A DNA stretch of 32,000 nt, taken from Candidatus Minimicrobia sp. QA0096 (GTDB lineage: Bacteria; Patescibacteriota; Saccharimonadia; Saccharimonadales; Saccharimonadaceae). Under the pieces are notes generated by a model. The model was not told the DNA's origin. It did no database searches and saw only the letters and a program-made list of their open reading frames with translations. The position numbers and the translations under genes were made by a program. Shown piece after piece: positions 18,516 to 27,355 of the stretch (position 1 is its first letter; each line of letters opens with the position of its first letter). Location: positions 300,001-332,000 of the forward strand of contig NZ_OZ017288.1 of assembly GCF_963967315.1 (NCBI RefSeq), written 5' to 3'.

Positions 18516-18570
18516 TAAATATATTACAATCTAAACACGACAATTATGCAAGCATTATTCTAGCGATTGA

Positions 18571-18918
18571 CTAATCTTCCAGCCACTTCTTGAGAACTAC
18601 TGCCTGATTATGTTCCGTATCTTTGGCGCCATATAACAGCGTAACTGCAGATTGTTTATTCCAATTATTCTTCGCCTCGGCAGCCGCAGGATTATTATCC
18701 AGCTCCTTCATATAACGGCGAGAAAATTCCGGGAATTTTTCTGGATCGTGATTAAACCATTTACGTAATTCATCGGTCGGGGCAATTTCTTTATTCCACT
18801 CGTTCAATGCAGCTCGTTCTTTACTAATCCCGCGCGGCCACAATCGATCGACCAGCACACGATAACTATCGTCTGACGCGGTCGGCTCATAAATCCGTTC
18901 AATTTTATACTTTGTCAT
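18571..18918 (-). CDS. DUF488 (YeaO-like) family protein
   Basis: The sequence IERIYEPTASDDSYRVLVDRLWPRGISKERAALNEWNKEIAPTDELRKWFNHDPEKFPEF is typical of DUF488/YeaO. Confidence 0.8.
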   Translation of the reverse strand: MTKYKIERIYEPTASDDSYRVLVDRLWPRGISKERAALNEWNKEIAPTDELRKWFNHDPEKFPEFSRRYMKELDNNPAAAEAKNNWNKQSAVTLLYGAKDTEHNQAVVLKKWLED

Positions 18919-18937
18919 AATTTCATATAACTACAAA

Positions 18938-18956
18938 TTATTGATCAGATCAATAA
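18938..18956. repeat. perfect 19-bp palindrome (9-1-9) TTATTGATC-A-GATCAATAA between the HD and DUF488 genes
   Basis: Read directly from the sequence. It lies 20 nt upstream of the DUF488 ATG. It could be an operator or a weak hairpin. Confidence 0.6.
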
Positions 18957-18984
18957 AAAGCGAAAGCCAACCATTATCCAATAC

Positions 18985-19719
18985 TTATTCAACGCTACGT
19001 AAATATTCCTCCAAAAACTCACTCCAGTCAGGCGCATTCTTCTCGCGGAAATAGGCGCGAAGAAAATCAACCATAATTTGATGACGATTTTCTGCTTCTA
19101 TCCGTCCTGGTTCAGTCAACATCAAACCTTTCAATTTCAGCAGTTTCTCAAAGAAGTGATTGATAAATCCGTCAGTGTCATGCGTATTGCCATCAGCGTT
19201 ATATTCGTGCGCCGCCAGATTGACATTCGGCCAGACTTTAGGATCAAAAATCCGACCGTCGTGATGACAAGCATAAGTCAACGCCCGCTCAATGCCGACC
19301 GCACCAATAGCATCACACATATCAGCGTCAGACGCCAATTTCCCCGCCAGCCGCTGCGGCTGCTTGCCGTTCAGCCGTTTGCTATAACCAATCGCCGCAA
19401 TATTTTCCAGCACAACCTGACTTAAATCATCAGCTATCTCTGCCTGCGCCATAATATCTACTGCGTTCGTCAATTTTTTCGCCTGTGTTTTACCGACTAA
19501 TTTATAATCATCAACATCATGCAGCCAAGCCGTCAATAGCACTTCTTGCAGGTTCACTGATTCACTGCATTCGTTAGCAAAACGCTCTGCCAACAACGCT
19601 ACTCGCTCGACATGATCATCAGCGTGACCTGAAGTGTCGCCGCCCAGTAACTGCCGAACTTTTGTCTTTACTATTTCAAGCTGGGAAATTTGTCGATCGT
19701 TCATACTCATATTATACAT
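18985..19719 (-). CDS. HD-domain metal-dependent phosphohydrolase (YedJ/YpgQ-like)
   Basis: Contains the H...HD motifs (GHADDHVERV, AWLHDVDD). There are three in-frame ATGs, at 19719, 19710 and 19704. ATG 19704 sits 6 nt after TATAAT (19716-19711). Confidence 0.8.
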   Translation of the reverse strand: MYNMSMNDRQISQLEIVKTKVRQLLGGDTSGHADDHVERVALLAERFANECSESVNLQEVLLTAWLHDVDDYKLVGKTQAKKLTNAVDIMAQAEIADDLSQVVLENIAAIGYSKRLNGKQPQRLAGKLASDADMCDAIGAVGIERALTYACHHDGRIFDPKVWPNVNLAAHEYNADGNTHDTDGFINHFFEKLLKLKGLMLTEPGRIEAENRHQIMVDFLRAYFREKNAPDWSEFLEEYLRSVE

Positions 19720-19733
19720 AAAAGCAGGGTCGC

Positions 19734-20198
19734 CTACTGACGCTTATTAGCATACAAAGCGTAATATTCTTTGGGAAGATAATTCATATTAAGCCACCGG
19801 GCTTCCATTATTTCAAAGTTACATTTTATGTCATAATTAGACGCGTGCGCCGCAAAAACTCGAACTGAAAATTTGGCATATGATTCATGAGAATTAGCTT
19901 TTCCGAGATATCGCAGATTATGTATCTTTAATCCAACTTCTTCCAAGGTTTCTCTAACGGTAGCCTGTTCATAACTCTCATTATGCTTCACCCCGCCTCC
20001 CGGTAAAGCCCACTTTTGGCGGCTAAAACGATTTTTGACCAGCAAAATATCACCATCATCACGATAAACAATCACCCGCACGCGGTCCTTCTGCGGTATA
20101 ATCCTAAAAATTAGCGATATGACGCATGCAATTCCACGAAAAATTGCCCGCCCGAATGAACTGAACATCTCGCCAACTATCGATCCTTTGCGAGACAT
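19734..20198 (-). CDS. Nudix hydrolase with a hydrophobic N-terminal segment
   Basis: Nudix box GGGVKHNESYEQATVRETLEEVGL. Confidence 0.85.
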   Translation of the reverse strand: MSRKGSIVGEMFSSFGRAIFRGIACVISLIFRIIPQKDRVRVIVYRDDGDILLVKNRFSRQKWALPGGGVKHNESYEQATVRETLEEVGLKIHNLRYLGKANSHESYAKFSVRVFAAHASNYDIKCNFEIMEARWLNMNYLPKEYYALYANKRQ

Positions 20199-20230
20199 AA
20201 TTAGTAAAAACTTTCTCCTTTGGCGACAGA

Positions 20231-20626
20231 TTATTCGGTAGTTACGCCGTCAAAATCTTCTTCGTTAGCCTCCGCTTCTTCGCGAGTCGCCCGAACGATT
20301 CCATCTTTATGATGTGCTGGACTATAAATAGTATAGAGCTTAAGCGGCTCTTCGCCGGTATTGATCACATTATGCTCAGCGCCCGCCGGCACAATAATAG
20401 CACTACCGTCGGAAACAATATATTCATTGCCATCAATCAAAACCTTACCTTCGCCAGACTCAAATCTGAAAAATTGATCATTCTCCTCGTGAATCTCCGA
20501 ACCAATTTCCCCGCCAACAGGCAGACTCATCAATACTAATTGGCAATGCTTCGCAGTATATAGAACTTGACGAAAATTATTATTTTCCAGTGTTAATTCT
20601 TCTATATTTCCACTAAAACCCTTCAC
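20231..20626 (-). CDS. cupin domain protein
   Basis: Contains cupin motif 2, GSAIIVPAGAEHNVIN, and a motif-1-like GSEIHEENDQFFRFESGEG. The start is placed at GTG 20626 (AAGGGG 6 nt upstream). The track start at 20674 would overlap trx by 29 nt. Confidence 0.75.
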   Translation of the reverse strand: MKGFSGNIEELTLENNNFRQVLYTAKHCQLVLMSLPVGGEIGSEIHEENDQFFRFESGEGKVLIDGNEYIVSDGSAIIVPAGAEHNVINTGEEPLKLYTIYSPAHHKDGIVRATREEAEANEEDFDGVTTE

Positions 20627-20645
20627 AAAAATCCCCTTTACTTCT

Positions 20646-20975
20646 TTATTTCGCAGCTTTTTCCAGAGCGTCAATCAACGTCTGCTTCGGCTTCATGCCA
20701 ATCATTTCAGCAACTTCCTCGCCGCCAACAAAAATCTTCATATTTGGAATTCCCTGCACGCGATATTCCATAGCCAATTGCGCATTTTCCTGACTTGCTT
20801 CAGTATCAACTTTAACAATATCGAACTCTGTTTCTTCAGCAATTTGATGCAAAAGCGGAGCCATTGCACGACATGGCGGACACCACGGCGCCCAAAAATC
20901 AACTAGTACAGGACCGTCGCTTTTTAGCACCTTATCTTCGAATTCTTGCTTCGTTGTAATTTCATATAAAGCCAT
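20646..20975 (-). CDS. trxA: thioredoxin (active site WCPPC)
   Basis: The sequence VLVDFWAPWCPPCRAMAP indicates the Trx fold. ATG 20975 is preceded by GGAGGA and overlaps the fur-like stop (TAATG). Confidence 0.9.
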   Translation of the reverse strand: MALYEITTKQEFEDKVLKSDGPVLVDFWAPWCPPCRAMAPLLHQIAEETEFDIVKVDTEASQENAQLAMEYRVQGIPNMKIFVGGEEVAEMIGMKPKQTLIDALEKAAK

Positions 20976-21367
20976 TATTTCCTCCTTTTCTGGCATTTTT
21001 TACAAACTCCCGTCACAACCAACGGGCCGTCAATATAGCAATCGCTAATTTCATGCGCAATCTGTTTTCTCATCTCATTGGCAATTTTAACATCCACCAA
21101 GCCATCGCAGCCACTACACACAAAATGATCATGATCGTCCTTATGAATATCATATCGCAAGCAACCCTTTTTGGTCGATGGTGCCAAACCAATCATCCCG
21201 TCGCCACACAGGCGTCGAGTTATTCGATGCACCGTCGTGTCGCTGACTTCAGGATGAATGTTCCGCAATTCCTGAGCAATTTCCGCATTCGTCGCATGAT
21301 GCTTACTCTTTAAAATCGCCATCACGTCATTCGTGTATTTTGTTGATCGCCTAACAATTTGCGTCAT
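20975..21367 (-). CDS. Fur-family metalloregulator (Fur/Zur/PerR; subtype not assignable)
   Basis: Contains a winged-helix N-terminus, DHDHFVCSGCDG and a C-terminal CKKC (two CxxC pairs plus a His cluster). Length is 130 aa. Confidence 0.85.
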   Translation of the reverse strand: MTQIVRRSTKYTNDVMAILKSKHHATNAEIAQELRNIHPEVSDTTVHRITRRLCGDGMIGLAPSTKKGCLRYDIHKDDHDHFVCSGCDGLVDVKIANEMRKQIAHEISDCYIDGPLVVTGVCKKCQKRRK

Positions 21368-21373
21368 GTTCCT

Positions 21374-21392
21374 ATTGTAAAGTATTTACAAT
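21374..21392. promoter_or_regulatory. 19-bp palindromic operator candidate ATTGTAAA-GTA-TTTACAAT overlapping the -10 of the fur-like gene
   Basis: It has perfect 8-bp arms. On the minus strand the proximal arm contains TACAAT (21379-21374), which lies 6 nt from ATG 21367. Confidence 0.55.
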
Positions 21393-21419
21393 AAATAAAC
21401 AAGGATTTTATTCCACAAA

Positions 21420-21448
21420 TTGACTTATATCTATATATTTCCTATAAT
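21420..21448 (+). promoter_or_regulatory. consensus sigma70-type promoter for the ABC exporter/DedA unit
   Basis: TTGACT (21420-21425), 17 nt, TATAAT (21443-21448). Confidence 0.65.
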
Positions 21449-21566
21449 AATCAAAGTCTATGAACTCCCGACGGCGAGTTCCTCTAATATGCATTTTTGA
21501 ATAATTAAGAACGCTCAGTTTTCTGTGCAGCTTATAAATATTAATTTATTATCGAAAGGAATTGAT

Positions 21567-23339
21567 TTGAAAAACAAACCAAACAGCAAAGAAATATTTC
21601 GTCTATTTTGGAAGACGTCAGAGCCGTACAAACACCGTCGAAACTTGGCAATATTTTTTGCAATACTGACTCTCGTGGTTACCATTTTTGTCGGGCCGCT
21701 CATAATTGCTCAGCTTCTTAGTATTATCCAACACAATCAACTGCACGACGCAAAAAATCTATGGACACTAATTGCTTTATATAGCGTCAGTGGATTATGG
21801 TCTAGCGTCATCGGCTGGCGATTAGTTTTATATCTCGCCTGGACATTCGAAACCGCCATGCAACGAGATTTATACGCTCGATGCTTCAGCAAACTGACCA
21901 ACCAAACACTATTCTTTCATTCAAATAAATTCGGCGGGTCACTCGTTAGCCAAACAAATAAATTAGTTGGCGCGGTAGAAAGTTTTTGGGACACGATAAT
22001 TTGGTCAATTTTGCCACTAGTTGTTTCACTGGTCGGTTCAATAATTATCCTGTCAACTCTTCTCTGGCAATACGCGTTATTCTTACTCATCTTCTCAATT
22101 GTTTTCAGCATCGTCGTTTATTATGGATCCAAGCCAATGGCGAAATTGACAAAAAAAGAAGCCAAAGCCAGCAATAAATTAAACGGACAATTAGCCGACG
22201 TAATCTCAAACGTTCTAGCGGTCAAGTCATCTGGCGCCGAAGCTACGGAACAGAAGTTTTTCGCAAAAACTGTCAACTCTTGGCGAAACTCGAGCCTCGA
22301 CGTAATGCGTGGATTTTTGAAAGTCAGCACCGTATATTCGTCAATCAACATGGTTATTAAAATTGGAGCAATCGCCTTCGCAGTGTACGCAGCCCAGAAT
22401 GATTTGGTGTCCGTGGCGTCTGTTTACCTTATTATCACCTACACTGGGAGTGTCGCACATGAATTGTGGAACATGAACGGAATTATGCGCAATTACAACC
22501 GAATTATCGGTAACGCAAATGATATGGTAGAAATCTTACAAACGCCAACGACATTGATTGATAAAAGCGATTCAAAGCTAAAAGTTACAAACGGCGAAAT
22601 TTCTATGGACAAAATAACTTTCACGCACGACGAAGGTCAAGGCAACACTCTATTCCACGACTTCTCTCTGGGTATTAAACCGGGCGAAAAATTAGGTTTG
22701 GTCGGAGCAAGCGGTTCCGGAAAAACGACGCTCACCAAATTGCTATTACGCTTCGCTGATATTGACTCGGGAAAAATTACCATCGACGGACAAGATATTT
22801 CCGAAGTCACCCAAGCAAGTTTGCGTGCAAAAATCGCTTACGTACCGCAAGAGCCATTACTATTCCACCGCTCTGTGCGCGAAAACATCGCTTACGGTCG
22901 ACCTGATGCAACGGACGCAGAAATTGAAGAAGCCGCCAAAAAAGCTGGTGCTTACGATTTTATCATTGGACTTAAAGACGGTTTTGACACAATGGTTGGC
23001 GAGCGCGGAACCAAATTATCTGGCGGACAGCGACAACGAGTTGCAATTGCTAGGGCAATCCTGAAAGATGCGCCAATTCTAGTCCTCGACGAGGCGACTT
23101 CAGCGCTAGATTCTGAGTCAGAAGCGTTGATCCAAAAATCCTTGGAAACGTTGATGGAGAATCGAACCTCAATTGTCATTGCCCATCGCTTATCTACAAT
23201 TGCTAAGTTGGATCGTATAATTGTTTTGAAAAATGGGAAAATTGTCGAGGACGGGTCGCACGACGACCTCATCAATAAAAAACGCGGTGTTTATGCCAAA
23301 TTATGGGCAAGGCAATCTGGCGGATTTATTGAAGAATAG
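21567..23339 (+). CDS. ABC transporter, fused permease/ATPase (type I exporter, MsbA/multidrug-like)
   Basis: Contains a 6-TM domain, Walker A GASGSGKTT, the signature LSGGQRQR and Walker B ILVLDEATSALD. The start is placed at TTG 21567 (GAAAGGA 6 nt upstream). The alternative is GTG 21525, as in the track. Confidence 0.9.
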   Translation: MKNKPNSKEIFRLFWKTSEPYKHRRNLAIFFAILTLVVTIFVGPLIIAQLLSIIQHNQLHDAKNLWTLIALYSVSGLWSSVIGWRLVLYLAWTFETAMQRDLYARCFSKLTNQTLFFHSNKFGGSLVSQTNKLVGAVESFWDTIIWSILPLVVSLVGSIIILSTLLWQYALFLLIFSIVFSIVVYYGSKPMAKLTKKEAKASNKLNGQLADVISNVLAVKSSGAEATEQKFFAKTVNSWRNSSLDVMRGFLKVSTVYSSINMVIKIGAIAFAVYAAQNDLVSVASVYLIITYTGSVAHELWNMNGIMRNYNRIIGNANDMVEILQTPTTLIDKSDSKLKVTNGEISMDKITFTHDEGQGNTLFHDFSLGIKPGEKLGLVGASGSGKTTLTKLLLRFADIDSGKITIDGQDISEVTQASLRAKIAYVPQEPLLFHRSVRENIAYGRPDATDAEIEEAAKKAGAYDFIIGLKDGFDTMVGERGTKLSGGQRQRVAIARAILKDAPILVLDEATSALDSESEALIQKSLETLMENRTSIVIAHRLSTIAKLDRIIVLKNGKIVEDGSHDDLINKKRGVYAKLWARQSGGFIEE

Positions 23340-23361
23340 CTCAATCTGCATACGCTAATTA

Positions 23362-23370
23362 TGTTATAAT
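23362..23370 (+). promoter_or_regulatory. extended -10 element of dedA-family gene (leaderless)
   Basis: TGtTATAAT (23362-23370), taagat, ATG 23377. Confidence 0.5.
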
Positions 23371-23376
23371 TAAGAT

Positions 23377-24027
23377 ATGGAATCTTTTATTCACTTGATA
23401 ACTAGCTTCGGCGTATTGGCAATTTTATTAGTGATTTTCGCAGAATCCGGTCTACTAATCGGCTTCGTCTTACCTGGCGACAGTCTGCTTTTCACTGCTG
23501 GATATATGGTTCAGCAAAATCCTCAGCACATTGATATCCACATTTTTGCACTTTTGGTTTTTGCGGCGGCAGTGCTGGGCGACAGTGTTGGCTATAGTTT
23601 TGGTCACAAAGTTGGACGCAAGTTGTTTGAAAAAGAAAATTCCCGATTCTTCAAGAAAAAATATTTGGAGCAAACAGAAAAGTTTTACGATAAGCACGGC
23701 TCAGCGACAATCGTCCTGGCTCGATTTGTACCAATTGTAAGAACCTTCGCCCCAATCGTTGCCGGCGCTAGTAAAATGCACTATAAAACGTTCTTAACTT
23801 TCAATCTTATCGGTGGATTTCTTTGGTCATCAGCATTCGTTTATCTAGGCTTCTACGCTGGCGAGTTTTTGACCAAAGCAGGCGTAAATATTGAAGTTGC
23901 GGCTATTCTCATCATCTTCCTGTCTGTCTCACCAATGATTATTCATGCTTTGAAACAACCAAATACTCGCGCTTTATTAAGAAAACAATTGTCGGTTCTC
24001 CTCTCGAAAACCAAGCGTAAAAAATAG
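23377..24027 (+). CDS. DedA/VTT-domain family membrane protein
   Basis: The sequences FAESGLLIGFVLPGDSLLFTAGY and VLARFVPIVRTFAPIVAG are typical DedA motifs. Confidence 0.85.
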   Translation: MESFIHLITSFGVLAILLVIFAESGLLIGFVLPGDSLLFTAGYMVQQNPQHIDIHIFALLVFAAAVLGDSVGYSFGHKVGRKLFEKENSRFFKKKYLEQTEKFYDKHGSATIVLARFVPIVRTFAPIVAGASKMHYKTFLTFNLIGGFLWSSAFVYLGFYAGEFLTKAGVNIEVAAILIIFLSVSPMIIHALKQPNTRALLRKQLSVLLSKTKRKK

Positions 24028-24029
24028 CC

Positions 24030-26843
24030 TTAAAGCATCTTTTTCAGATATTTGCCAGTGAACGAATTTGGCACTTTGGCAATATCTTCAGGCGTACCGC
24101 AAGCCACAACAGTACCGCCGCCAATTCCACCCTCTGGACCCATATCAATTATCCAGTCGGCTGACTTTATGACGTCCAAATTATGCTCAATGATAATCAT
24201 ACTATTACCGCCTTCAACTAATTGCTGCAAAATTCCCAACAGTCGCTTTACGTCAGCAGAATGAAGCCCAGTGGTCGGCTCGTCCAGAATGTACATAGTT
24301 TTTCCAGTGGAACGCTTGGAGAGCTCCGTTGCCAATTTAATTCGCTGCGCCTCACCGCCCGAAAAAGTAGTTGCTGGCTGACCAAGTTTAATATAGCCAA
24401 GCCCAACCTCGACTAATGTCTGAAGTTTTCGCGCAATATTCGGCACACTGTCAAAAAATTCCGCCGCTTGATCAATTGTCATATCCAGAACATCAGCAAT
24501 CGTCTTATCTTTATACTTAATTTCCAGCGCCTCGCGATTATAACGCTTGCCGTGACATTCGTCGCACTGAACGTAAACGTCCGGTAAAAAGTGCATTTCA
24601 ATTTTTATCACACCATCACCCTGACAATTTTCACAGCGGCCGCCCTTAACATTAAAGCTAAAGCGCCCAGATTTATAGCCCCGAACGTTAGCCTCGGGCG
24701 TGCTGGCAAAAAGTTCGCGAATCGGCGTAAAAATCCCAGTATATGTTGCTGGATTAGAGCGCGGCGTTCGACCAATTGGCGACTGATCTATGACAATCGT
24801 CTTATCAAGAAAATTCACACCTTCTATAGCGTCGTGCAATCCTGGCGCTGTCGTTGCGCGATTAAGTTCTGCCGCTAGTTCCCGCGCCACAATATCATTC
24901 ACAAGCGTCGACTTTCCGCTACCAGAAACACCAGACACTACGGTCATCAAACCCAAAGGAAACTCCACATCAATGTTCTTAAGATTATTTTCGCGAGCGC
25001 CACGAACAATCAACTTTTTATCTTTCACAACTTTACGACGCTTTTTCGGAACGGCAATTTTTTCCGCCCCAGATAAATAGCGACCCGTTATACTATTCTC
25101 ATTTTTCGCAACAATTTCAGGCGTCCCCATTGCCACTACTTGACCGCCATTCACACCAGCTCCCGGTCCCATATCAACCAGAAAATCACTCTGACGAATC
25201 GTGTCCTCATCATGCTCAACCACCAGCACAGAATTGCCCAAATCACGAAGGCGCTTCAACATATCAATCAACTTGTCGTTGTCGCGTTGATGAAGTCCAA
25301 TTGACGGCTCGTCCAGTACATAAAGCACGCCCTGAAGTCCAGCGCCAATTTGCGTCGCCAAGCGAATTCGCTGCGCCTCGCCACCACTAAGCGTGTTAGC
25401 CGCTCGACTTAGTTCCAAATAGTTCAACCCAACATTGCTCATAAACGCCAAACGGGATTTAATTTCCTTCACAATCAAGCGAGCAATCATCATTTCTTGC
25501 TCAGTCAATTGAAGCTTATTGTCAAACAAGTCCAACGCGTCATCAACACTCAAATCACACACGTCAACAATATTTAATTCATGAACCGTCACCGCCAAAA
25601 CCACAGGTTTCAGGCGCGCACCTTTACAGGCATAACAATCCCTCTCGCGCATAAATCGCTCAATATCTCGTCGCATAAAATCGCTGTCAGTTTCCTTCCA
25701 GCGCCGCTCCAGATTAGGAATAACACCCTCATAAGTCGTATCATAATGCCGACCACCACCCAAATCAACGCGATATTTTTGGTCACCAGTTCCGTATAAT
25801 ATTTTATGTTTAGCATCATCAGAAAGCTTGCCTACGGGAACTTTCAAACTAAAGCCGTGAGCTTCAGCAACAGACGCCAATCGCTTCATATTCCAAGCGT
25901 CAGAGTTCATTCGATTATACGGTCGAATTGCGCCTTCGGAAATCGTCAAATTGTTATTAAAGACCAATTCTGGATCAACCTCCAGCCTCGATCCCAAACC
26001 CGTACACACAGGACAAGCCCCCTGCGGTGCGTTAAAACTAAACAATCGCGGCTCCAGCTCTGGAATATCGACATCAGGATGATCAACACAAGCATATCTC
26101 TGCGAAAATGTCTTTACTTCATCACTGTCCGCGTCTAAAACCTCGATGACTCCCTGACCCAGATCCAATGCTTGCTCAACGCTCTGACTTAGTCGAGATC
26201 GCATTTCCGCCGTCAACGCCAACCTATCAACCACCAACTCGATGTTATGCTTGTAACTTTTTTGCAGCTCCGGAAATTCATCCAGCGCGTACACCACGCC
26301 ATCCACGCGAACCCTGGCATAACCAAGTCGCTGATATTGCTCCGGAATATGCGCAAACTCACCTTTTTTATTCTTAACAATTGGCGCCAATAGCAGAATT
26401 CGCTTATCGACAAATTGTCGCAGAATCTCGTCAATAATAACCTCGGTCGTGCGACGCGTCACTTCATTGCCACAAATCGGACAATGCGGCACGCCAATTC
26501 GCGCAAACAAAAGCCTCAGATAATCATAAATTTCTGTCACCGTAGCCACGGTCGAACGCGGATTGCGACTGGTCGATTTCTGGTCAATCGAAATCGCTGG
26601 ACTGAGTCCTTCAATTGAATCAACATCAGGCTTATCCATCGTCCCCAAAAACTGACGCGCATAGGAATTAAGGCTCTCCATATAGCGACGCTGACCTTCA
26701 GCGTAAATCGTATCAAATGCCAGGCTGGATTTCCCAGACCCACTAAGCCCAGTAATCACCACCAGCTGATCTCGCGGAATCTCAATATCTACATTTTTCA
26801 GATTGTGCTCACGAGCACCTTTAACACGAATTACCTCTGTCAT
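24030..26843 (-). CDS. uvrA: excinuclease ABC subunit A
   Basis: 937 aa with two ABC ATPase modules (GLSGSGKSS, GVSGSGKST; LSGGEAQR twice) and zinc-finger CxxC pairs. Confidence 0.97.
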   Translation of the reverse strand: MTEVIRVKGAREHNLKNVDIEIPRDQLVVITGLSGSGKSSLAFDTIYAEGQRRYMESLNSYARQFLGTMDKPDVDSIEGLSPAISIDQKSTSRNPRSTVATVTEIYDYLRLLFARIGVPHCPICGNEVTRRTTEVIIDEILRQFVDKRILLLAPIVKNKKGEFAHIPEQYQRLGYARVRVDGVVYALDEFPELQKSYKHNIELVVDRLALTAEMRSRLSQSVEQALDLGQGVIEVLDADSDEVKTFSQRYACVDHPDVDIPELEPRLFSFNAPQGACPVCTGLGSRLEVDPELVFNNNLTISEGAIRPYNRMNSDAWNMKRLASVAEAHGFSLKVPVGKLSDDAKHKILYGTGDQKYRVDLGGGRHYDTTYEGVIPNLERRWKETDSDFMRRDIERFMRERDCYACKGARLKPVVLAVTVHELNIVDVCDLSVDDALDLFDNKLQLTEQEMMIARLIVKEIKSRLAFMSNVGLNYLELSRAANTLSGGEAQRIRLATQIGAGLQGVLYVLDEPSIGLHQRDNDKLIDMLKRLRDLGNSVLVVEHDEDTIRQSDFLVDMGPGAGVNGGQVVAMGTPEIVAKNENSITGRYLSGAEKIAVPKKRRKVVKDKKLIVRGARENNLKNIDVEFPLGLMTVVSGVSGSGKSTLVNDIVARELAAELNRATTAPGLHDAIEGVNFLDKTIVIDQSPIGRTPRSNPATYTGIFTPIRELFASTPEANVRGYKSGRFSFNVKGGRCENCQGDGVIKIEMHFLPDVYVQCDECHGKRYNREALEIKYKDKTIADVLDMTIDQAAEFFDSVPNIARKLQTLVEVGLGYIKLGQPATTFSGGEAQRIKLATELSKRSTGKTMYILDEPTTGLHSADVKRLLGILQQLVEGGNSMIIIEHNLDVIKSADWIIDMGPEGGIGGGTVVACGTPEDIAKVPNSFTGKYLKKML

Positions 26844-26948
26844 AACCGCTATATTATACAGGTTTTTGACAATTTTTTCCAGTCCAAATATCGACGCAAA
26901 TCAGAGTTAAAACACATTACGCTTATGATTGCAAGTCAATATCTTATT

Positions 26949-26957
26949 TGCTACAGT
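26949..26957 (+). promoter_or_regulatory. extended -10 element of orf26965 (leaderless)
   Basis: TGcTACAGT (26949-26957), tagatct, ATG 26965. Confidence 0.45.
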
Positions 26958-26964
26958 TAGATCT

Positions 26965-27351
26965 ATGAGAAAGCTGGGCATTTACTTAGTTATAACACTC
27001 GGAGCGATACTACTCGCGCCTTTTGTGATTGACCAGCTATTTTTCTTCTTTTTCCTAGGAAAAATCCCCTTCACGAACATCAGCCTGCCCGCAATTTTAA
27101 TGGTTATTTTCTGGGCAATTATCGTACCGTTGGCAATTATCCTCAGAAAATCACTTTCTGCCCTGTTCTGGGAATTCATTAGCATTGCCGGCGAAATCGC
27201 ACAACGACGAATCAACAGAAAAATCCGCTACTTTACGCCAAATCAAAAAAGCGAACTCATTTTATTATCAATTTATCTACTTTCCAACATAGAGAAGAGC
27301 GAGCCTTATGATGAGATTGAATCTCAAAAGCTCGCTCCATCTATGACCTAA
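26965..27351 (+). CDS. hypothetical small membrane protein (2-3 TM)
   Basis: The ORF is 26929-27351 in the track. I prefer ATG 26965 (MRKLGIYLVITLGAILLAPF...). No family recognised. Confidence 0.55.
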   Translation: MRKLGIYLVITLGAILLAPFVIDQLFFFFFLGKIPFTNISLPAILMVIFWAIIVPLAIILRKSLSALFWEFISIAGEIAQRRINRKIRYFTPNQKSELILLSIYLLSNIEKSEPYDEIESQKLAPSMT

Positions 27352-27355
27352 TTTT

